Source: a virus
Direction: 5' to 3' (one strand)
IMG/VR virus record: IMGVR_UViG_3300047476_001426
Span: 32,001-96,000 of that record
DNA: 64,000 nucleotides
Each line of letters opens with the position of its first letter. The first letter of the stretch is position 1. Shown one piece after another: positions 21,661 through 31,219 of the stretch. The position numbers and the translations under genes were made by a program. The notes below the pieces were generated by a model that searched no databases, was not told where the DNA came from, and saw only the letters and a program-made list of their open reading frames with translations.

Positions 21661-22058
21661 GATTCTTTGAATTTAATTGATTTTTTTTCAAGGGTGAAAT
21701 TTCTTTCTTTTAATTTTTTTGAAACATTTTCATATGATTCACCGAAACGGAAAAATAACCTATCCTCTTCCAAATCAAAATTTGATTTTTCCCAAGCCAT
21801 GGCGATTATTCCGTCCACAGCATCAATAACACCGAAATAGTCAGAATTTTGTATTAATTCAAAAACTATGTCGGTGTCTTTTAGGAGACCTACTTGGTCT
21901 ATATATTCTATGTTTGGTGATTTTGGTGTAGATGTTGAAGATGCTGGTACGTCAAACCATTCGTCCATGTCTATCTCAGTAGATTCACTAAAAATGAATT
22001 CATACTGTTTTTGACCCTTATAATCGGTTCCGATTTCGTTGACATATATCAGTCTCAT
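21657..22058 (-). CDS. Hypothetical protein
   Basis: 133-aa ORF coupled to neighbours. Confidence 0.55.
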   Translation of the reverse strand: MRLIYVNEIGTDYKGQKQYEFIFSESTEIDMDEWFDVPASSTSTPKSPNIEYIDQVGLLKDTDIVFELIQNSDYFGVIDAVDGIIAMAWEKSNFDLEEDRLFFRFGESYENVSKKLKERNFTLEKKSIKFKES

Positions 22059-23081
22059 TTACTTAAAGTATTTACCTAATGTTTCAGATATACTTTTGTG
22101 GATTTCATTTTTTATTTCGTCCAAATCAATTTCTTTAACATCATCATTACCTAAATCGGCATATTTTGATAAATCAATTTCTTCTTCAGTTGACATTGGG
22201 GTATTGATGAATGACTCAAGTTTATCCATTACATCCATCTCACCTAAATCTCCCTCGTCACCTGTCGGTTCCGCTGGTGTGGTGTCATCATCAGCTGGTA
22301 CGTCTGGCATATCATCAGACATTGCAGCGTCGTCTTCAATTTCTCTATCGAATTTTTTACCTATTTCTTCAATGTCCTCATCATCAAGTTTATCCAAGTC
22401 AACGGCGGAAATAATCATATTCAAAACATATTTGATATCATCACTTTCCATTTTTTCTTTTTGGTCTCTTAATTCTTGACCAAGTTTACCTGAATATTTT
22501 TGAATTTCAGACATGTAATCAGATGGTTTAGCACCACCCATATCTCCTTCATCACCCATATCTGTTTCATCTGATGGTGGAACATCACCACCCATTTCGG
22601 GAGCAGGAGGAACATCACCACCCATTTCGGGAGCAGGAGGAACATCACCACCCATTTCAGGTGCGGGAGGAACATCACCACCCATATCAGGTGCTGGTAC
22701 AGGAGCTTCATTTGCTTGTCCTGAATTTTGTTTTAAAACATATTTTGTTGCTTCATTAAGTTCACCACCAGATAATAGTTGTAATCTTTTTAATGCCTCA
22801 GCATATGAATTAAATCTATTTTTATTTTTCATAAAAAGACCACCAATGTAGTCTAATGAACTTTCATTTAATCCTTTTTTTACGTAATAACCATCTTTCT
22901 CTTTAACAATACCAAATACGGAACCATTTACTGATTCAGATAGATATTCGGTTTTTGATGTTAATGATTGATTTGATGTAGTTGATTTTTTATCACTACC
23001 GTAATAGGTTAACTCAAGGATACGCTTCAATTTGTCGTCTCCGTTAAGTTTTTCGCTTCCTAGTGGTTTTAAATCTGCCAT
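22059..23081 (-). CDS. Acidic hypothetical protein with GGDVPPAPEM repeats
   Basis: 340-aa ORF preceded by the TATTTATA motif. Confidence 0.6.
   Translation of the reverse strand: MADLKPLGSEKLNGDDKLKRILELTYYGSDKKSTTSNQSLTSKTEYLSESVNGSVFGIVKEKDGYYVKKGLNESSLDYIGGLFMKNKNRFNSYAEALKRLQLLSGGELNEATKYVLKQNSGQANEAPVPAPDMGGDVPPAPEMGGDVPPAPEMGGDVPPAPEMGGDVPPSDETDMGDEGDMGGAKPSDYMSEIQKYSGKLGQELRDQKEKMESDDIKYVLNMIISAVDLDKLDDEDIEEIGKKFDREIEDDAAMSDDMPDVPADDDTTPAEPTGDEGDLGEMDVMDKLESFINTPMSTEEEIDLSKYADLGNDDVKEIDLDEIKNEIHKSISETLGKYFK
22579..22698. repeat. 30-bp coding tandem repeat (about 4 copies)
   Basis: GGAACATCACCACCCATTTCGGGAGCAGGA unit repeated; encodes (P)APEMGGDVP. Confidence 0.9.
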
Positions 23082-23155
23082 TTGTTTAAATGTTGATAAT
23101 TATATTATTCTTGTATCCTATAAATACATGCATATAACAAAAAAAATTATTCTGT

Positions 23156-23941
23156 TTACTGCGGTAGGGACAATTTTTTATTTCTGACCTTGGTTTTTAT
23201 ATCAAATAACTTCTCGATATAACCATTTCTTCTTAATAACTTGAAAGTTAAGTTTTCGTAGGAGTATTCACCTCCCACCTCTAATCCTGTTTGTCTGAAC
23301 TTTTTTAACTTATTCTTTAGTTCATCAACTTGTTTAATAACATCCTTACCTTCTTCTGCTTCCTTATCCAATTTATCAATTAACTTACCATACTCCTCAC
23401 TCTTTTCGATTATTTTCTTATCGTCTAAGTCAAACGCAGATTCCACTTTTTTAGGTTCAACAACCCAATCATTATTTAATATGGAATAAACACCGGTGGA
23501 TATACCGGGTGAGTCAATATCTTGTACATAAAATTCCACCTCAAAACCTTTAACCCTAATGTCATTCGATGAAGACCATGCTTTTTTCTTTAATTCGAAA
23601 AATTCTTGGATTATTTCATGAAAAACAATAGAATTGGATTTAGCGGAATCAAATTCATCAATATCAATGATGATATGAATATCTAAATCAGAGTATTTCG
23701 ACCAATTGTAATTTGCTAAAGAACCTGTAAAATGGATGTCGTAAATAAAAAAATCAATACCAAGAAAATCAAGAAACGCGTTTGTGTTTTCTAAAAGTTT
23801 CTCTCTAATTTCTTCTTTTAAGATGTAAGAATTTTTTGTCTTATCAAAAATTTCCAATGAAAGAGAATCCTTAGGAATAAAGGATTTCATTATTTCTTTG
23901 TCTTTTTCAACGTCTTCAATAAATTCTCTATAATGTTTCAT
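23156..23941 (-). CDS. Pol-beta-superfamily nucleotidyltransferase
   Basis: TGSLANYNWSKYSDLDIH (GS-x8-DxD) plus a third acidic residue in EVEFY. Confidence 0.75.
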   Translation of the reverse strand: MKHYREFIEDVEKDKEIMKSFIPKDSLSLEIFDKTKNSYILKEEIREKLLENTNAFLDFLGIDFFIYDIHFTGSLANYNWSKYSDLDIHIIIDIDEFDSAKSNSIVFHEIIQEFFELKKKAWSSSNDIRVKGFEVEFYVQDIDSPGISTGVYSILNNDWVVEPKKVESAFDLDDKKIIEKSEEYGKLIDKLDKEAEEGKDVIKQVDELKNKLKKFRQTGLEVGGEYSYENLTFKLLRRNGYIEKLFDIKTKVRNKKLSLPQ

Positions 23942-24183
23942 TTTATTTTTTTGTATTTGAAAGTTTTTGAAATGTTTGCATTAAAATGTTTTCCTTGAGA
24001 TTCCGCTTTTTTAAAATCTGTAAACGTTTCTAATGGAACTTTCTCATACTCATAAATAGAGCCATTATTAAATTCAATCATAAGATTGTTATCGTCAGTA
24101 TTGAAAATTGCTCTACTGATGTTTGAAGATGTTACCACCACCTCAATTAAGTTACCTTCTGTCTTTTCTAAAATAATTGCCAT
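23938..24183 (-). CDS. KTSC domain protein
   Basis: SSNI...L.IEFNNGSIYEY..VP......F..AES.GKHFNANI pattern. Confidence 0.85.
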   Translation of the reverse strand: MAIILEKTEGNLIEVVVTSSNISRAIFNTDDNNLMIEFNNGSIYEYEKVPLETFTDFKKAESQGKHFNANISKTFKYKKIK

Positions 24184-24384
24184 AATTTTTTAGATGTTAT
24201 TATACATAATAAATATCAAATAAAAAACCCGAGACGAATAAGTGGTATTTTTTGATTATGTTTGTAATGACCATATTCCGTGAATGCGTTTTAGACAATA
24301 TATCATTTTTATTTTTATACATTGAAAATGTCATTGTTTGTTTTTACGGGATATATTTTGTATACTTAAAGAAAAATAATTCAG

Positions 24385-26403
24385 ATGTCAGTAGATTTTT
24401 TCGAAGAAGGAAATGTTTCCAACCCCAAAAAGACGAGAAAGGGTTCTACCACCCCTATCCTTGATAATTTTTCAAGGGATTTAAACAAAATGGTTGAAGA
24501 AGGTAAAATTGACCCCGTCATCGGTAGAGATGGTGAGGTTAAGAGAATCGCTCAAATTTTATCTCGTAAAAAGAAAAACAACGTAGTAATTGTTGGTGAC
24601 GCAGGTGTTGGTAAATCTGCTTTGGTTGAAAAGTTGGCCCAACTAATTGTTAAGGGTGACTGCCCTTCAAATCTTTTAGATAAAAGGATTGTGTCACTTG
24701 ATTTGACATCATTAGTTGCTGGTACCAAATATAGAGGTCAATTTGAAGAAAGGATTAAGGCCATACTAAATGAATTACAAAACGAACCCAATGTAATTGT
24801 GTTTATTGATGAAATACATACGATGGTTGGTGCGGGTAATGCTAGTGGTTCCATGGATGCTGCTAATATCATGAAACCAGCTTTGGCGAGAGGTGAAATC
24901 CAATGTATCGGTGCAACCACCTTTGATGAATTTAAGAAACACATTGAGAAGGACGGTGCGTTGGTAAGAAGATTCCAAAAAATAATTTTAAAGGAACCGA
25001 CTAAAGAAGAAACGGTACAAATTTTAAATAACTTGAAGGAGTCATATCAAAACTTCCATAAAGTATTTTATGAACCGAATGTGTTTGAAACGATTGTTAA
25101 TCTTTCATCTAGATTTATCACAGATAGACAATTTCCTGATAAGGCGATTGATGTTATGGATGAACTTGGTTCAGACAAAAAAATCAACACCAAAATCCCT
25201 GAAGTGTTGGAAAAACTCAAAAAAGATTCTGACGAGCTAAAGGAAAGAAAAATACAGGTTGTTAAAAGTCAAAATTATGAACAAGCAGCAAAATTGAGGG
25301 ATGAAGAAAGGAAGATATTGAGTAGGTTAGATGAAGAGAAGAAAAAATGGTTGGAAAAACAAAAGGACAATAAAACACCCGTAACTATAGACGATGTATA
25401 TGATATTATCTCGCAAATGACAGGTGTGCCACTCTCTAAAATTGACGAGAGGGAGACAACAAACTTATTAAGTTTAGAAGAAAAATTAAAATCAAAAGTG
25501 ATTGGACAAGATGAGGCCATCTCAATCATATCAAAATCTATCAGAAGAAATAGAGTTGGTATTAAAGATACCAACAAACCTATTGGTTCGTTTATATTCT
25601 TAGGTTCAACAGGTGTTGGTAAAACCTACTTAGCTAAATCAATTGCAGAAATTTTATTTGGTGACCCTGATAAAGTTATACGAGTTGATATGAGTGAGTA
25701 CATGGAAAAACACAATGTTGCTAAACTAATAGGTTCTCCTCCGGGTTATGTTGGGTATGATGAAGGTGGTCAATTGACTGAAAAAATAAAAAACAATCCA
25801 TTTTCAGTTGTCCTATTTGATGAGGTTGAAAAGGCACATAAAGATGTCTTCAATATCCTACTTCAAATTTTGGACGAAGGTCACCTAACAGACTCCTTTG
25901 GTAGGAAGGTAAACTTCACAAATACAATTGTGATTATGACATCAAACATTGGTGCAAAAAAGGTTTCCGAATTTGGTAGAGGAGTTGGTTTTGACTCATC
26001 ATCATCAAACACACAGAATTTTGAAGTTAAAAAATCAATTGTTCAAAAATCTTTGAAACAACATTTTAACCCCGAGTTTTTAAATAGGGTTGATGACATT
26101 ATCAGTTTCAATTCGTTAGATAAAGACGTTATTAAACAAATTATTGGAATTGAACTGAATAAATTGGTTGTGAGATTGAAAGACAAAAACTTCAAAATTT
26201 CATTTGATAAAACAATCATTGAAAGAATTTCAGAACTCAACACACAAGAAGATTATGGTGCTAGACCTATTAAAAGAATCATTCAAAACCTTTGTGAAGA
26301 CTTCTTAAGTGATTCAATTTTGAAAGGTGATATTAAAGAAAATGAAAACATTACTTTGAAATTTAAAGATGGTGAAATAAAAATTTTTAAAAAAAAGGTC
26401 TAA
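24385..26403 (+). CDS. clpC: ClpC/ClpA-like double-AAA+ ATPase lacking the N-terminal Clp domain
   Basis: GDAGVGKS and GSTGVGKT Walker A, FIDEIH and FDEVEKAH Walker B, GYVGY pore loop, UVR-like middle domain, VGF loop. Confidence 0.85.
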   Translation: MSVDFFEEGNVSNPKKTRKGSTTPILDNFSRDLNKMVEEGKIDPVIGRDGEVKRIAQILSRKKKNNVVIVGDAGVGKSALVEKLAQLIVKGDCPSNLLDKRIVSLDLTSLVAGTKYRGQFEERIKAILNELQNEPNVIVFIDEIHTMVGAGNASGSMDAANIMKPALARGEIQCIGATTFDEFKKHIEKDGALVRRFQKIILKEPTKEETVQILNNLKESYQNFHKVFYEPNVFETIVNLSSRFITDRQFPDKAIDVMDELGSDKKINTKIPEVLEKLKKDSDELKERKIQVVKSQNYEQAAKLRDEERKILSRLDEEKKKWLEKQKDNKTPVTIDDVYDIISQMTGVPLSKIDERETTNLLSLEEKLKSKVIGQDEAISIISKSIRRNRVGIKDTNKPIGSFIFLGSTGVGKTYLAKSIAEILFGDPDKVIRVDMSEYMEKHNVAKLIGSPPGYVGYDEGGQLTEKIKNNPFSVVLFDEVEKAHKDVFNILLQILDEGHLTDSFGRKVNFTNTIVIMTSNIGAKKVSEFGRGVGFDSSSSNTQNFEVKKSIVQKSLKQHFNPEFLNRVDDIISFNSLDKDVIKQIIGIELNKLVVRLKDKNFKISFDKTIIERISELNTQEDYGARPIKRIIQNLCEDFLSDSILKGDIKENENITLKFKDGEIKIFKKKV

Positions 26404-26511
26404 ATATTCAAGCTTTTTAAAAAAACATATATATTTATATTCACACAGGACATCTTTGCCGATTTCCTCTCGTTTTTATAGTCTGTGGTGTTGAAACCAC
26501 AAAATGACCAC

Positions 26512-26541
26512 AAACCCCCGACTCACCGTTGGGGGTTTTTT
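26512..26541 (+). terminator. Intrinsic terminator
   Basis: AAACCCCCGAC...GTTGGGGGTTT hairpin followed by a T-run. Confidence 0.8.
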
Positions 26542-26568
26542 ATTTTTGGTATTCTAAAAATAATTCAT

Positions 26569-26576
26569 TATATTTG
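26569..26576 (+). promoter_or_regulatory. Bacteroidota sigma70 -7 element
   Basis: TATATTTG (TAnnTTTG) 18 nt upstream of the kinase gene. Confidence 0.65.
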
Positions 26577-26594
26577 TGATAAAGTAACTTTAAC

Positions 26595-27008
26595 ATGGAA
26601 TATACAAAAGATTTGATACTTGTTCGTGGTATCCCGGGTTCTGGTAAATCGACTTTGGGTGAGGTAATATTATACACCCCAAATAATCCAATGAAACCTT
26701 TATCTGCGGATGATTACTTCATGGATAAAGAAGGTAATTACAACTTTGACCCCTCAAAAATAAGGGAGGCCCATAACGACTGCCAACAAAGATGTGCAAA
26801 CCTGATGATGAATTCAGTTGTCAGAGTTGTGGTTTCAAATACATTCACTCAAGAATGGGAAATGGAACCATATTTTGAAATGGGTCGTCGATATGGTTAT
26901 AGAGTCCATACAATCATTGTTGAAAATAGACACGGTGGTGAGAATGTTCATGGGGTCCCTGAAGACAAAATAGACATAATGAAAAACCGATTTGAAGTTA
27001 AGTTGTGA
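26595..27008 (+). CDS. P-loop polynucleotide-kinase-like protein (AAA_33)
   Basis: RGIPGSGKST Walker A, SADDYF, VVVSNTF...EMEPY, HGVPED. Confidence 0.8.
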   Translation: MEYTKDLILVRGIPGSGKSTLGEVILYTPNNPMKPLSADDYFMDKEGNYNFDPSKIREAHNDCQQRCANLMMNSVVRVVVSNTFTQEWEMEPYFEMGRRYGYRVHTIIVENRHGGENVHGVPEDKIDIMKNRFEVKL

Positions 27009-28075
27009 TAGATAGACTGAAAAAATATCATGAAGATGGGTTGTTAATGAGACAAACACACCCAACTAAAGATTTGTACATATGGAATTATACCCCAAGA
27101 GTACAGTATGAATCTTTATGGGATGATATTACTACGCAATGTCGTGGACTCATTACAACTCATTCAGGTGAAGTCATATCAAGACCATTCGGTAAGTTTT
27201 TTAACTATGAAGAGGTTATTGATAAGGATTTAATTCCATGGGACAGTGAGTATGCTCACGTTCAAACAAAAATGGATGGTTCTCTTGGTATATTGTTTTT
27301 TTATGATGGTGAATGGATTATGGCAACAAGAGGTTCATTTACATCTGAACAATCAATTCGAGGATTAGAGATTATAAAATCAAAATACGATTTGAGTAAG
27401 TTTTCTGAGAAATTCACTTATCTATGTGAAATAATTTATCCTGAGAATAGAATCGTGGTAAATTACGGTGAGGATAAAATCACATTCTTATCTATAACCA
27501 CTCCTGAATCAGAATTAAATTGGGCAACATCAATAGCAATATTCCATTCATCAGATATCAAAGAAGAGGACATTGTTGATAGTACTATGGTGACCTTCAA
27601 TAAAGAAACTTTTGAAACTTACAAAAATCTAAACATACCAAATGAAGAGGGATTTGTTATTAGGTTCTACCCTTCTAATTTTAGAATGAAAATAAAGTTT
27701 GAGGAGTATGTTCGTTTACATAGAATATTAACGAATGTGTCTAATAGAGATATATGGGAAGTGCTCCGTACCAATGGTGATATGAAGGAAATACTTGATG
27801 GTGTACCAGATGAATTTTACGATTGGGTTCGCAAAACTAAAGAAGATTTATTATTTCAATACAAACACTTGGAACGTGAATATCAATGGATTTTTAAAAT
27901 CATTAATAGAGCACCCAACATAGAAAATCGAGCGGTTTTCGCGGAATACGCAAAAAGATATAAACACCCTTCAATATTGTTTAATATGTTGGATAATAAG
28001 GATTACTCTCAACAAATTTGGAAGTTAATCTATCCTTCGTATTCGAAACCATTTAATACAAATGAAGATAATTAG
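27005..28075 (+). CDS. T4 Rnl1-like RNA ligase
   Basis: KMDGSLG adenylation motif, PFGKFFN, EGFV, FRMKIK. Confidence 0.88.
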   Translation: MIDRLKKYHEDGLLMRQTHPTKDLYIWNYTPRVQYESLWDDITTQCRGLITTHSGEVISRPFGKFFNYEEVIDKDLIPWDSEYAHVQTKMDGSLGILFFYDGEWIMATRGSFTSEQSIRGLEIIKSKYDLSKFSEKFTYLCEIIYPENRIVVNYGEDKITFLSITTPESELNWATSIAIFHSSDIKEEDIVDSTMVTFNKETFETYKNLNIPNEEGFVIRFYPSNFRMKIKFEEYVRLHRILTNVSNRDIWEVLRTNGDMKEILDGVPDEFYDWVRKTKEDLLFQYKHLEREYQWIFKIINRAPNIENRAVFAEYAKRYKHPSILFNMLDNKDYSQQIWKLIYPSYSKPFNTNEDN

Positions 28076-28502
28076 TAAGAAAAATTATTCAATGAAAACA
28101 AGAATTTATTTGGACGATGTGAGAACACCTGTTGAAAAAGACCAATGGGTTGTTGTTAGGAATTACGAGGAGTTCGTAAATAAAGTTAGTGAGATTGGTT
28201 TGGAGAACATCTCCTTAATATCGTTAGACCATGATTTAGGGGAAACCGCAATGGCGGAATGGCATCGTAATGTTTATCACAACTACGAGTTAGATTACGA
28301 TAATATCCTTGAGAAAACAGGAATGGATTGCACCAAATGGTTGGTTGAACAATGGATGGACGGTAAACCTGTTGTTGACGTTGTTGTCCACTCCGCGAAT
28401 GCGATTGGTAGTGGTAACATGATGGGTTATATTAACAATTATCGACATATTAATAGACTACCTCAGAATTGTATTAGGGTTCAGATTGAACACACTGTCT
28501 AA
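28062..28502 (+). CDS. Cyclic-phosphate-processing receiver-like domain protein
   Basis: IYLDDVR, ISLDHDLG, TGMDC, VHSAN motifs; start may be the ATG at 28092. Confidence 0.75.
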   Translation: MKIISKKNYSMKTRIYLDDVRTPVEKDQWVVVRNYEEFVNKVSEIGLENISLISLDHDLGETAMAEWHRNVYHNYELDYDNILEKTGMDCTKWLVEQWMDGKPVVDVVVHSANAIGSGNMMGYINNYRHINRLPQNCIRVQIEHTV

Positions 28503-28586
28503 AATTTCTCCGAACTTTTTGGTTAAAAGTTTGTTTGTGTCGGTTTTTATTGTCATATTTGTGATGAACCAAAAATTAAATCGACA

Positions 28587-28931
28587 ATGTCAACAAAAGA
28601 ACCGAACAAACCAAAAGACACGGTAATTAAAAAGCTAATACTAAAACAAGATTATAAAAACTTCAGTGATTTTTATAACATCAACAAAGAATCCATTTAC
28701 AGAACCTTAGCTAATCTTTTTAAAAGTTTGAAGAGAAAGGATAAACAAGTGGTTATTTTAGTTTTGGGAGCTAAAATTAATGGACTACAATGGGAGACCG
28801 AGCTAAAGTTTAAAAGACAAGAATCGGTTGTTTTAGTCAGAGATATTTTACCTTTCTTCGAACAAAATGAAGATTACGAAACTTGCGGTGAAATAACGGA
28901 AACCTACAATAAGATTTTAGAGATTCAATAA
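28587..28931 (+). CDS. Hypothetical protein with C-terminal UVR-like helix
   Basis: FFEQNEDYETCGEI resembles the UvrB/UvrC (E.YE.A..I) motif. Confidence 0.5.
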   Translation: MSTKEPNKPKDTVIKKLILKQDYKNFSDFYNINKESIYRTLANLFKSLKRKDKQVVILVLGAKINGLQWETELKFKRQESVVLVRDILPFFEQNEDYETCGEITETYNKILEIQ

Positions 28932-31219
28932 GACGAAGAGGATAAATTAGCATCTCCTTTTACAATATACTTAATATTGAAAATTATTGAGGTATTGGTA
29001 AAATTAATTGTGAAATTAGATACTGGTTGCACATTGTTGAAATTCGATAAAGTTATAGAATTAAAATCTGAAGATGTGTACCAATACACTTCGTTAAATG
29101 GTATCATTCCACTAATATTTGCACCCAATAGATAAGCATCAGAAATATTAATTTTACCGTCTTTATTTATATCACCCGCTTTCATTTTAGGACCATTGTT
29201 AAGAACTAAACCTGGTTGAAGTTGGGTTGGAGTATTTTCGTTTTGTGACTCATTAAAAACTTCATTAAAGTCACTCGATGTCAAAGATGGTGTGTACGTT
29301 GGTACTATCTTATAAGTTGAGTTGTATTTGGTTGGGTTAAATGTAAATGAACCTGTTGCACCAACTATTGCGGTCTGTAATAGAGTCTCGACCCCATTTT
29401 CAACCAAATAAAATTTTAATTCAGGTCTTACAGATAAACCTGAAGGGATAGTAACTGTTCCTGATATTGTTTCTGTTATTATTGTAACAGAACCTGAAGA
29501 ACTAAATGCAAATCCACACGTCCCACTCTGTAATTGTGCTCTGAATAGGGTTTTTACGGATATATTTGAATAAGACTGTGATGTGGTTGTATTGACAATA
29601 TCGGTCCACGTAACACCATCATTTGTCGACCTTTGCCATTTAACAATACTACCACTATAACCACTTAAAGTTACTGTTCCTGAGTTTGTTGTTGTGGTAT
29701 GAATCGATGATGATACCGAACCACCAACAGGAGGTGTACCTGATGTCACGGTAATCGTTTTTGAGTCTGAATTAACCGCACTACCACAGTTTGGTGTTTG
29801 TACTTGAACTCGATAATAATAAGTTCCAGCAGAGTTTAACGTTTCTATTAAACTTGTAGTTGTATTAGAAATATCAGTCCAATTTACATTGTCTGTTGAA
29901 CGTTGCCATTTATTGACATTACCTTGTTGACCCGATAATGTTAGTTCTACTTGACCACCGGCACATATTGAATTATTAACTGCAAATATTGTACCCGATT
30001 TTGTTGGTTTAACTGACAAGAACACACTTGATGTTGGTAAACTTGAGCAAGTTGTTGGACTGGTTGAATTTACAATTGCTCTATAGTATGTTGTTTTAGT
30101 TAGATTAGTTAAGGTAATAGTTGATGATGTGCTTGATATTGTTGTACCAGCGGTAAAAAAGTTATCAAATGAAGATTCCCATCTCACAATACTACCTGTA
30201 TATCCATTAAGTGTTAGTGTTGTACTATTACTACCTGAACAAACATTAATATCACCACCACTAATATACCCACTTGATGCCCCACTAATTTCTACGTTTC
30301 TTGTTAATATGGTTGTACTTGTGGTGATGTCACCTGGCATGTCACCATATTCACAAATATATCCGGGTAGAGATGTGTTTGGTAAATCATTCCATTGACC
30401 TAAATTACCTGAATAAAATTGACCGTAATGTTCTCCACCAGCATTATTAGGTTCCCCACCCGCCCATTTTGCATATTGACCTGTAACAGCAGTACTACCA
30501 TTGGAAAATTGAGTTCCCTTCTCAGGTCCTGTAACCCAATGCCACTTTTGTTCAACGGCTGCTTGTGATGCGAACGTAGTGGTACCTTTAGCGGTATTGA
30601 CCACACCCATTTCATCTGAAGCACCAAACCAACCATCTGATGACATTAATTTCCAAATAAAATTATTTTCCGCCTCAGATGACATTGTTGCCAAATAACC
30701 CGCTCTACCAAAATATGAACGATTTTCTGCGGATGTTTTTGAATTTGTCCATGTTGTTGAACCAGAAACATATTCATAAAAATGTTCAGTTAATGGGTTG
30801 TAAAATACAATTCCCGCAACAAATGTTACTCTTCTTTGTAGTGCATAACAGGTAGAGGTTGTTGACCTAAATTCAACTCCTCTTAAAACCGTTTCCCAAT
30901 TTGAAGCTGTTGTTGTTCCATTAAAAACTAACACCCCTGTGGTTGTATTGAATGCGGAAACAGTAATACCAGACGGTAAAGTTGCTGTTGACCTTAATTG
31001 GTCACCACTTACGCCACTTATGTAACTTTGAGATATTTGAACTCTAAACCCATTAATCGTACCATTCGCAGTCAAAGTAAGATTCGGGTCAACCTTTGTC
31101 CAAGTATTAAAACTTGCGGAAAGTGTACCCGTACTCGATGTACCTAAAGAAACTGATGTTGCTTGTGAGTAACCGAGAATCGGTAAAATTAAAAGTAATA
31201 TAAAAATTAAATTTCTCAT
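28925..31219 (-). CDS. Secreted protein: C-type lectin, Ig-like repeats and dockerin-like domain
   Basis: Signal peptide; YLAT..SEAEN, WFGASD, WAGGEPNN, WND, YICEY (CTL); repeated WQRST modules; GDINKDGKINISD dockerin-like loop. Confidence 0.75.
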   Translation of the reverse strand: MRNLIFILLLILPILGYSQATSVSLGTSSTGTLSASFNTWTKVDPNLTLTANGTINGFRVQISQSYISGVSGDQLRSTATLPSGITVSAFNTTTGVLVFNGTTTASNWETVLRGVEFRSTTSTCYALQRRVTFVAGIVFYNPLTEHFYEYVSGSTTWTNSKTSAENRSYFGRAGYLATMSSEAENNFIWKLMSSDGWFGASDEMGVVNTAKGTTTFASQAAVEQKWHWVTGPEKGTQFSNGSTAVTGQYAKWAGGEPNNAGGEHYGQFYSGNLGQWNDLPNTSLPGYICEYGDMPGDITTSTTILTRNVEISGASSGYISGGDINVCSGSNSTTLTLNGYTGSIVRWESSFDNFFTAGTTISSTSSTITLTNLTKTTYYRAIVNSTSPTTCSSLPTSSVFLSVKPTKSGTIFAVNNSICAGGQVELTLSGQQGNVNKWQRSTDNVNWTDISNTTTSLIETLNSAGTYYYRVQVQTPNCGSAVNSDSKTITVTSGTPPVGGSVSSSIHTTTTNSGTVTLSGYSGSIVKWQRSTNDGVTWTDIVNTTTSQSYSNISVKTLFRAQLQSGTCGFAFSSSGSVTIITETISGTVTIPSGLSVRPELKFYLVENGVETLLQTAIVGATGSFTFNPTKYNSTYKIVPTYTPSLTSSDFNEVFNESQNENTPTQLQPGLVLNNGPKMKAGDINKDGKINISDAYLLGANISGMIPFNEVYWYTSSDFNSITLSNFNNVQPVSNFTINFTNTSIIFNIKYIVKGDANLSSSSY

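Noticed and set aside
26440-26510. preQ1-I riboswitch or HDV-like/theta ribozyme
   Set aside because: The hairpin plus A-rich tail and the CGA-TTTCCTC-TCG hairpin resemble parts of these motifs, but loop length, P1 and P1.1 partners are missing.
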